Source of the DNA: Hypanus sabinus | Taxonomy: Eukaryota | Direction of reading: 5' to 3' | Length of the DNA: 64,000 bases | Assembly: GCF_030144855.1 (NCBI RefSeq) | Contig: NC_082735.1 | Coordinates: 26,908,001 to 26,972,000, forward strand | Shown here: piece by piece, positions 52,178 to 61,370 of the stretch | How the letters are laid out: each line of letters begins with the position of its first letter | How positions within the stretch are numbered: position 1 is the stretch's first letter | The notes under the pieces: generated by a model | Database searches by the model: none | The model's input: the letters and a program-made list of their open reading frames with translations, nothing else | What the model was told of the DNA's origin: nothing | Translations under genes and position numbers: made by a program

Positions 52178-52848
52178 TGGGGGAGGGACCTTGAGTGTGG
52201 AGAGGCTGCAAGTGGTGTCGGTAGCGCAGCTGTCAGCATGGTGCTGGGTGGGATGTGTGGGTCGGTGTGTGTGTGTGTGGTCAGTAGCGGGATATGTGAC
52301 GAAGTCCCACCAAACTGAGGATTCCTGACAATGAGTGGTGGGAGGGGCCCGTCATATGCCATAGTCACACTTTCGAGGTGGCTCTGGAAGTCCAGCCCCA
52401 ATAGCACAGGCGCGCACAGTTGAGGCATGACCAGTAGCACAAAGTTCCGATATTCTGTGCCCTGCACTACCAATGTCGCTACACAACCCACCCAGATGTC
52501 TGTGGAATGCGACCCAGAAGCCATGGTGACCCTCTGGCTTGCCAGCCGTGTCACGAGTCCGCAGCATTGCACTGTGTCCAGGTCAATAAAACTCTCAGTG
52601 CTGCCCATGTCAAACAGGCAGCTAGTCCTGTGCCCCTCCACCAGGATGTCCATCATTGACCTTGCAAGCTGGTGTGGGGCGCTTTGGTCGAGGGTTACAG
52701 AGGCCAGAGTTGAACTGCTGTCTTGGTGCCCGGTAAGCACCGATGGGTCGGGGGCGGGGCGAGTTGGCGCCGACAAAGATGGCCGCCCCCATCTGGGCAG
52801 GCAAGATGGCGGCCCCCATGCCTCACACGCAGCGCTGCCCAACCCCAC
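52159..52848 (-). pseudogene. Gypsy aspartic protease region
   Basis: CLFDMGSTESFI (decayed DTG) ... VLLGLDF. Confidence 0.85.
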
Positions 52849-52859
52849 TCATGGTTCAG

Positions 52860-53634
52860 ACTTACAGACCTTGGCGAAATGGCCCTTCTTCCCACAGCTG
52901 AAGCAGGCCACTTCTCAGGCCGGACAGCGTTTTCGGGGGTGCTTTTCGAATCCGCAGAAGTAACACTGCACGGATTTGCGACTGGCAGCAGCTGTGGTCG
53001 ATTTCGGGGAGTTCGTGGACTCGCGACTGGCAGCGGCGGCGGTGAATTCGCTCGCAGGTGGCGGGGTCTGAGGTGTCCACGGGACCGGCAGGGTATTGCG
53101 CGGCTGGACAGCGTCAGCATTGTGCAGAGCAGCCTCCAGCCTGTCGGCCATCTCGATCGCCGAGCGTAAGGTAAGATCGGCATTTTCCAGCAGCTGCTGG
53201 CGCACGTACACTGACCTGATCCTCGTAACGAAGGCGTCTCATACTAGCAGCTCCACATGTTGTTCTGCCGTCAGACCTTTGCAGTTGCAAGTTCGCAAGA
53301 GTGTCTGTAGGGCTTGGAGAAACTCGGCGCTTGATTCATCGGGTCGCTGTCGCTGCGTCGCTAAGCAATGTCTTGCGTAGACGGTGTTCACCGGCCACAG
53401 GTACTGTCTTTTGAGGGCGTCCAGTGCCCCTTGGTAGGTCGGCAGGTCCCTGATAAGTGAGTAAACTTTCCGGGTGACCCTCGAGAGGAGAATTCTGTGC
53501 ATAATAGTGGGCTCAGTCACATGAACCTCCTCCAAGTATTATTGGAAGCATGCAAGCCAGAGTTCAAAAGCAAGAGCTGCTTCTGAGTTTTGAGGGTACA
53601 AGTCTAATTTTTCCAGACATAAAATACTTTCCAA
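52860..53634 (-). pseudogene. Gypsy gag with two CCHC zinc knuckles; several stop codons
   Basis: CYFCGFEKHPRKRC and CFSCGKKGHFAKVC; ORF pieces 53239..53535 and 52915..53211; the start appears to be TTG. Confidence 0.85.
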
Positions 53635-53800
53635 GTTTTGAAACTTCCAGTCAATAAAATTGATGCACCATCAATAACTCTCTGAGACGTGAGGCGAGAT
53701 ATAGGCTTTATTGACTGGAAGAAAGAACAAGCAGCGATTGACCACCATGCTACATCCTGGAGACTGAGGGCAGGGCTCAGGCCCCAATTGCCTTTATACC

Positions 53801-54017
53801 TGTGGTGAACTATGTGTGCCTGTCTGGACACGCCCCCTGCTGACTGCTCCTGTGGCTCCTCCCACAGACCCCGGTATAAAGGCGATCTTAGCCTGGGCCC
53901 TGCCTCTCAGTCTCCAGGATGTAGTATGGTGGTCACTCACTGCTTGTTCCTTCTTCCAGTCAATAAAAGCCGATATCTCGTCTTTATGTCTCAGAGTGAG
54001 TTACTGATGGTGCATCA
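53801..54017 (+). mobile_element. Solo LTR of the same family nested in reverse orientation inside the 5' LTR
   Basis: TGTGGTG...GCATCA with 5-bp TSD ATACC at 53796-53800 and 54018-54022. Confidence 0.95.
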
Positions 54018-55371
54018 ATACCGGGGTCTGTGGGAGGAGCCACAGAAGCAGTCAACGGGGGTGGGGGGGGCGTGTCCAGACAGGTATATGTAGTTCACCA
54101 CACAGACAGACAGACATACTTTATTGATTCCGAGGGAAACTGGGTTTCGTTACAGTTGCATCAACCAAGAATAGTGTAGAAATATAGAAATATATTGATG
54201 CAGCCTGTCAGAGTGCTCTCCATGGTACATCTATAGAAGTTTTTGAGTGTATTCTACAAAGCTCAGGAAAGGTAGATCATTCCTTATTGCACTTGAATAA
54301 ATCTTTGTTCATGAGATTTCGGCAGCAGTTTTAATTTGACATCTGCTATGTGAACCTTTCACACTTTAGTTATCTTCAAAAAACAGGAGGGAAGATGAAC
54401 AGAATTTAATGTGATACAAACACCAAAATATCTGCAGATGCTGGAAATCCAAAGCAACACACACAAAATGCCTGGAGGAACTCAGCAGGCCAGACAGTGT
54501 CTATGGAAAAGAGTAAAGAGTCGATGTTTTGCACTGAGACCTTTCTCTTCATTACTTGGTATGTATGGTTGAAAGTGAAAAGTTTCAAATGAATAAAGAC
54601 TCAATGCTTCCGTGCGCCTCACACACCTCTAGCTATTCGCGCACAAGGGAACTTAAGCTGCACGCAAAAAGTTTGTCACCCTCCACCTCGTTGGCATGTA
54701 AAGTTCTGCAAGACAACATTTAAAGAGTTAGGTGGTAAGCTTAGGGACAGAGCTGACAAGGTGGTCTTCTCGGAAGTTCTGCTGGTGTCACACGCCAGTC
54801 CAGATAAAATGGAGGAGATTCGAAGATTTAATGTGTGGCTCAAGTCATGGTGTAAGTCAGAGAAGCATAGGTTTATGGGACACTGGGGCACCTTTCGGGA
54901 CAGATGGAATCTGTACCACTGGGACAGGTTGCATTTGAACTGTGGGGGGGCACTAATTTATTGGGCAGGCTAATGCTTCAGTTAGTTGAAGACCGTTTAA
55001 ACTAGGGAATGAGGGGTGTGGGGGGCAGGGAACTTAGAACAGGCCAGGCTCAACCATTTGGAGAATAACATATTAGGACATAAACCGATTACAAGCTTCA
55101 AAAATATAGAAATGGGTTGGAATAGGATGAAAAGCATCAGTAACAGACTAAGGATGGCCTATATAAATGCATGAGGTATTAAGAATAAAATGAACAAGCT
55201 GGAATTTTATGCAAGTGTGTACGAGTGTGATATGATAGCAATAATTGAAACCTGGTTGACTTCAAAGGATGGTGATGAATATAGTATTAAAGGATATTCT
55301 TTAATTAGGAAAAACAAGCAAGATCTTAAAGGCAGAGGAGTAGCCATATACATAAGAGAGAATTTAGACAT

Positions 55372-56263
55372 CTTTCCAAGCACATCTTTCCCTCCCCCCT
55401 CTTTCTGCTTTCCACAGGGATCCCTACGTGACTCCCTTGTCCATTCATCCCCCTCATCCCTTCCCACCGATCTCCCTCCTGGCACTTACCCTTGCAAGCG
55501 GAACAAGTGCTACACCTGCCCTTACACTTCCTCCCTCACCACCATTCAGGGCCCCAGACAGTCCTTCCAGGTGAGGTGACACTTCACCTGTGAGTCGGCT
55601 GGTGTGGTATACTGCCTCCGGTGCTCCCGGTGTGGCCTTTTATATATTGGTGAGACCCGAAGCAGACTGGGAGACCATTTCGCTGAACACCTACGCTTGG
55701 TCCGCCAGAGAAAGCAGGATCTCCCAATGGCCACACATTTTAATTCCACGTCCCATTCCCATTCTGATATGTCTATCCATGGCCTCCTCTACTGTCAAGA
55801 TGAAGCCACACACAGGTTGGAGGAACAACACCTTATATACCGGCTGGGTAGCCTCCAATCTGATGGCATCGACATTGACTTCTCTAACTTCCATTAATGC
55901 CCCTCCCCTTCTTACCCCATCCCTGATATATTTAGTTTTTTTTCTTTCTCTGCCTGTTCTCCATCTCCCTCTGGTTCTCCCCTCCCCCTTTCTTTCTCCC
56001 TAGGCCTCCCGTCCCATGATCCTTTCCCTTCTCTGGCTCTGTATTACTTTTGCCAATCACCTATCCGGCTCTCAGCTTCATCCCACCCCCTCCGGTCTTC
56101 TCCTATCATTTCGCATTTTCCCCTCCCCCTCCTACTTTCAAATCTCTTACTATCTTTCCTTTCAGTTAGTCCTGACGAAGGGTCTCGGCCCAAAACGTCG
56201 ACAGTGCTTCTCCCTATAGATGCTGCCTGGCCTGCTGCATTCCACCAGCATTTTGTGTGTGTT
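55372..56263 (+). mobile_element. 5'-truncated Penelope-like element (Neptune-type Cys linker + GIY-YIG endonuclease + 3' UTR) nested in CR1
   Basis: PGTYPCKRNKCYTCPY; VYCLRCSRCGLLYIGET...EH...EQHLIYRLGSLQSDGID; TSD-like ATTTA(G/A)ACAT at 55362 and 56264. Confidence 0.9.
56167..56203 (+). ncRNA. Minimal type-I hammerhead ribozyme motif in the Penelope 3' UTR; this copy has GAAA changed to AAAA
   Basis: GTC CTGACGA A GGGTCTCGGCCC AAAA C GTC GAC; the consensus over copies restores GAAA. Confidence 0.65.
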
Positions 56264-59200
56264 ATTTAAACATGAGGCTGCTTATGATAGGAGATAATCA
56301 ATACTTAGTGAAAATATCTGGGTGAGAATTGAAAGCAATAAGGATAAAGGAATAACATTGGGTGTATGTTATTGACCCCCCCCCCCCCCCCAATGCTGAT
56401 AGTGACGTTAATAAACAACTCTATCAGAATATTAAAAAATCAAGTTCTGAGGGTGATGCTGTAGCTATGGGAGACTTTAATTTCCCAAAAATCGAGTGGG
56501 AGAACCCAGTGACTAATGGATTCCAGGAAAGTGAATTAATTGAATTATTGAATGTTTGTTTTTAGTCCCAGCATGTTGATGCACCACAAGAGGGGAGGCC
56601 TGTCTAGATTAGATTAGATATTCTTCAACAATCAGGATAGAATTGTGAGTGCGGAAATTGGTGAGCCTTTAGGAACAAGTGATCACCACATTGTTAGTTG
56701 TGACGATTTTTTTGTGAGAGCGTATCAGTAAAAACCAAAGCCATTAAATTGAATTCCAGAAAGGCAAAGTTTGTGCAGATGTGGCAAAAACTTCAGAAGG
56801 TACACTGGAAGGAAGTGTCTGATGTCCAGTCAGTTGAGGAACAATGGGGTTGATTTAAAGAGGTAATACACACAGTGCAGGAAATATTCCTGCCCAAGGC
56901 TGTGAGAAGCAATAAAAACAATAGCTCAACTACATGGATGAATAAAGATATACATTAAAAATAATTGAAGAGAAGACAGCTATATAATACAGGAATAAAG
57001 AAAAAATAATAATGATATTAACATTAGGGCATATGAAAATATGAGATCTATAGTCAAGAAGGAAATTCAGATTGCCAAAAGGCAGGTTGAGAAGGGTATT
57101 GCTGATAATGCTAGGATTGACCCCAAGGAATTTTTTCTGTATTTTAGTAGTAAAAGAAAAGTCAAAGAGGAAGTTAAGTGTATTAGGAATAATAGTGGGA
57201 TGCTAAATTATGCAGAGGACATAATGGATACTGTTAACATATGTTTTGCTGAAGTGTTCACCTGCAAAGATGTTAGCAACAAGCCAGTAAATGTAGAGAA
57301 AAATATGGTTGTCTTAAGTGACGTAGAGATCTTAGAAAGTGATGTCCTGCTTCAGCTGAACAGGTTGAAAGTCAATAAATTTCCAGGTTCAGACAACATA
57401 CATCCAAGGGTACTTAAAGAGGTCTGTGATTATATATACAAATCCCTTACAAGTATTTTTCAAAAGTCGGTGAAAACTGGTGAAATCCCTAACGACTGGA
57501 AAAAAGGGTAACAGTTAGATTTAAAGAAAATCCAGATGGGGGCAGATAAATGGCAAATGAAATTTAATGTAAGTAAATGTGAAGTATTACATATAGGATG
57601 TAGTAATGTAGTATAGATATAAATATACAGTGGGGGTGGTCTTGAGTTAGAAAGTGCACTGTATGAGAAGGATTGGGGTGTCCTGGAAGGCTCATCACTA
57701 TCAACATCTAGACATTGCACAGAAGTGATTAGGAAGCCTAAAAGAATGTTGGGCTATATAATATGCTCAGTGGAGTTCAATTCAGGAAACGTTCTCCTTA
57801 AGTTGTATAATGCACTTGTGAGGCCTCACATTGAGTGCTGTGTATAATTTTGGTGTCCATGTTTTGTGACGGATGTGAAGGCACTGGAGAGAGTTCAGAG
57901 AAAGGTGACGAGATTCATTCCAGATCTGCAGGGTATGAGCTATTCAGAAAGATTGAAATAATTAAATCTTTTTAGCCTAAGTGGACTTAGAATGAGAGGA
58001 GACACAATAGACGTGTTCAAAATCATTAAGGGTATAATTAAGCTGAATGCCAGCTGCTACTTCAAAATTAATCCATCAGTGAGGACACAGGGCCACAGGA
58101 GGAGACTGGTTAAAGGGAGATTTCAGACTAACATCAGGAAGTATTTCTTTATATAGTTGTGGACTCATGGAATAACCTACCTAGTTGTGTAGTTGAGAGC
58201 AGTACCTTAGAGACTTCCAAATCTAAACTTAATAGTTATTTCAACAACCTATGTGAATAGGAATTTGGCAAGTTTTGTTGGGCTGAATGGCCTGTTCTGG
58301 TCAACAACTTTCTAATGTTCTAATATTTCATGATTGTACACAATTACATTCCCTTTTCCAGTTCCTGTTACAGATGGTGTTGACAACGTGGAGTTTGCAA
58401 TGATTTGCCTGCAGATTTTAGAACCGACTTATTTATACTGTATTTATAAAGAAATTATTCAGTGCACACACATTGTTATCACTGGGCAAAATCTGGGGGA
58501 CCCAACCTGTCATGAAATTTGTTAACTTAGTGACAGTACAATGTAATACATGATAAATATAGGAAAAATTAATTAATTACAGTAGATAATATATATGTAT
58601 AGTAAACAGTTAAATTAAAAATAGTGCAAAAACAGAAATAATTTAAAAAGTGTGGTAGTGTTCATGGGTTCAACGTCCATTTAGAAAAGAGGAAGAAGCT
58701 GTTCCTGGATCACTGAGTGTGTGCCTTCAGGCTTCTGTACCTCCTTCCTGATGGTAACAATGAGAAGAGGGCATGTCCTGGTTTATGGGGGTTCTTAATA
58801 ATGAATGTCACCTTTCTGCGGCATCGCTCCTTGAAGACGTCAAGAGTCCTGGTTATGCAACCTCTGACGCCAGGCAGATAATCTCAGAAGAGTACTGAAA
58901 GTGGCTGGGATCATCCATCTGGTAAGGCACTTCCCAGAAGAAGGCAATGGTAAGCCACTTCTGTTGAAAAATTTGCCAAGAACGTTCATGGTCATGGAAA
59001 GACGACCATCGCCTATTTCATATGACACAGCACATAATGAAAGAGCAAAAGAAACATAAAAGTCATACATTTCTGAACTAGCAATTTACTTCATTGTTCA
59101 TACTATATAAACAAAATGTCTGTAACCTTCCTTCAGTCATTCAAGAATGGGTTTTAGTGAGAATTGCTCTGTTATCTCATAGCCTAATGGAGCTTTGGTA

Positions 59201-60063
59201 ATGTATAACTCGAAAAAGTAACCATAAGATTGGTTTCCACATAACTTTTTTATTACAGCTGCTTGCCTGCTGTGTGTTCTCAGAGTTTATTCACCCAATA
59301 CTCCCCTCCTGATATGTTTAAAAATAGTTTCAAATCACATGCTGTGTTAAATCGTCTACATAAAGGTTCTACACCCCAAGGTCATTAAAACTCACAAGGA
59401 GAGAAACTGGTCCTTTGCCAGTAAAAAAAATCTCCTAGAGCTCTCTTAGTAGTACTCATGGCAAAATACTTTCTAAGGAGGTGAAGAAGCAATGGGAAAC
59501 ATTGAATCTTACAATGTTCCCTCTAATTTGTACTGACCAGTGTGCACAGAAATCTTGTCCCATGCAATTTTTTGCTCAGTGACAACATGTGCGTATTGAA
59601 TTTTTAAGTGGATATAAACCTGAAGCTATTCTAAGGATTATAAGTAATTTTGCTTTAAATGAATTAGCATTTCTTCTGCAGCTTCACGCCCTTTGCTTCT
59701 TTGGAATTCAACACAGTGAATCAATAATTTCTTCAATAAAAACAGTTTCCTTTCTTTTTATATTATTTCTGTTTTTGCACTATTATTGATATACTGTAAC
59801 TATTTAATATACATATATTATCTTACTATAATTAACTAATTTATTTTTCCTGCATTTATCATGTATTACATTGTACTGCCATGGGAAACCTGAATGTGAA
59901 TGTTGTACTATCCTGTTTCATGGTGCACCCATGGAAGAACCCAGGGATACATTCTTCTCTTTGAATACAGTCACAGAATACTTGCCCTGAATCTCCAGAT
60001 ATGATGAATTTTATATTCATGTTTTTAGAAGTTGGTATTTTTAAGATATTCAGCATTCGTAAT

Positions 60064-60276
60064 TGTGGTGAACTATGTGCCTGTCGGGACACGCCCCTGC
60101 TGACTGCTCCTGTGGCTCCTCCCACAGGCCCCTGTATAAAGGAGATCTGCGGCCTGATGCTCGGCCTCAGTCTCCAAGACATTGTATGATAGACACTCAC
60201 TCCTGGTTCCTTCTTCCAGTCAATAAAAGCCGATATCTCGCCTTACGTCTCAGTGTGAGTTATTGATGGTACATCA
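60064..60276 (+). mobile_element. Solo LTR (TATAAA at 60135, AATAAA at 60222)
   Basis: Full LTR with TSD GTAAT on both sides. Confidence 0.95.
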
Positions 60277-60396
60277 GTAATATATAAGAATGATATATCA
60301 GAATCAGTTAATGGTATGGGTCCAAGGTATAAAAAAAAGCTGGGAACTCCTGATCTAGATCCACATCTTTATCACAGTAATTCTTCTCCTCACCGC

Positions 60397-60948
60397 ATAA
60401 GAACATAAGAAATAGGAGCAGGAGTCGGCCATCTGGCCCGTCGAGCCTGCTCCGCCATTCAGTAAGATCATGGCAGATCTGACCATGGAATCATCTCCAC
60501 CTACCTGCCTTTTCCCCATAACCTTTAATTCCCCTACAATGCAAAATTCTATCCAACCTTGTCTTAAGTATGTTTACTGAGGTAGCTTCCAATGCTTCAT
60601 CGGGCAGAGAATTCCACTGATTCACCACTCACTGGGAAAAGCAGTTCCTCCTCATCTCCATCATAAATTTATTCCCCCGAATCTTGAGGCTACGTCCCCC
60701 TAGTTCTAGTCTCCCTTACAAGTGGAAAGCACTTTCCTGCCTCTATCTTATCTATCCCTTTCATAATATTATATGTTTCTATAAGAAATCTTCTCATCCT
60801 TCTGAATTCCAGTGAGTACAGTCCCAGGCAATTCAATCTCTCCTCATTGTCCAACCCCCTCATCTCTGGAATCAACCTGGTGAACCTCCTCTGCACCACC
60901 TCCAAAGCCAGTATATCCTCCCTCAAGCAAGGAGGCCAGAACGGCTCC
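60397..60948 (-). mobile_element. CR1 LINE 3' fragment
   Basis: LEVVQRRFTRLIPEMRGL...LGLYSLEFRRMR; (TTCTTATG)n tail. Confidence 0.9.
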
Positions 60949-60969
60949 AAAATAAGGCACCTCCTTGCA

Positions 60970-61370
60970 TGTCTTATGAGGTTAGGTTGAGAGAAAGAGG
61001 ATGAGAGGTGACTTGATAGCGAGTATCAGGGCAAGGGGCGTAAGTAGAGTGGACAGCCAGAGACCTTCTTCTCCCAGGGTGGAAATGGCTCTCACAAGGG
61101 AGCATAACATAATGAATTTTGGAGAACAGTATAGAGGAGATGTCGGAGGTAATTCTTTTCTACCCAGAGAGTGGTAGTTGTGGAATGCGCTGCCGGGGGC
61201 AATGGTGGAGGCAGGTACATCAGGACCGTTTAAGAAACTCGTAGATAGGCACACGGATGAAAGAAAAATACAGGCCTATGCGGGAGGGAAGCACTAGATT
61301 GATCTCAGAGCAGGTTGAACAACGAGCAGAACATTGTGGGCCAAAGGCTCTGCACTGTTTTATGTTCTCT
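60970..61370 (+). mobile_element. CR1 LINE 3' fragment
   Basis: RMRGDLI...TRGH...FFTQRVV..WNALP-type remnant. Similar pieces at ~40070-40450, 40650-40862, 33080-33330(-), 46230-46890(-), 35365-35795(-) and 22050-22270(-). Confidence 0.8.

Larger units (their letters stand above)
49474..54102 (-). mobile_element. Full-length decayed Ty3/Gypsy LTR retrotransposon (~4.4 kb excluding the nested LTR)
   Basis: TG...CA LTRs at 53661-54102 (5') and 49474-49685 (3'); 5-bp TSD CAGAC at 49469-49473 and 54103-54107; polypurine tract next to the 3' LTR; domain order gag-PR-RT-RH-IN. Confidence 0.97.
54697..58325 (+). mobile_element. Long decayed CR1 LINE: ORF1 SGNH esterase end, ORF2 APE endonuclease, RT with a large internal deletion, 3' tail (TTCTAATG)n
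   Basis: FNVWLKSWC...YHWDRLHLN; IIETWL, GRGVAIYI, MGDFNFP, GTSDH; PGSDNIHPRVLKE...PNDWK joined directly to WQMKFNVSKC. Interrupted by a Penelope-like insert. Confidence 0.9.

Noticed and set aside
51104-53380. Plus-strand ORFs up to 178 aa inside the Gypsy element
   Set aside because: Antisense shadows of the GC-rich gag-pol frame.
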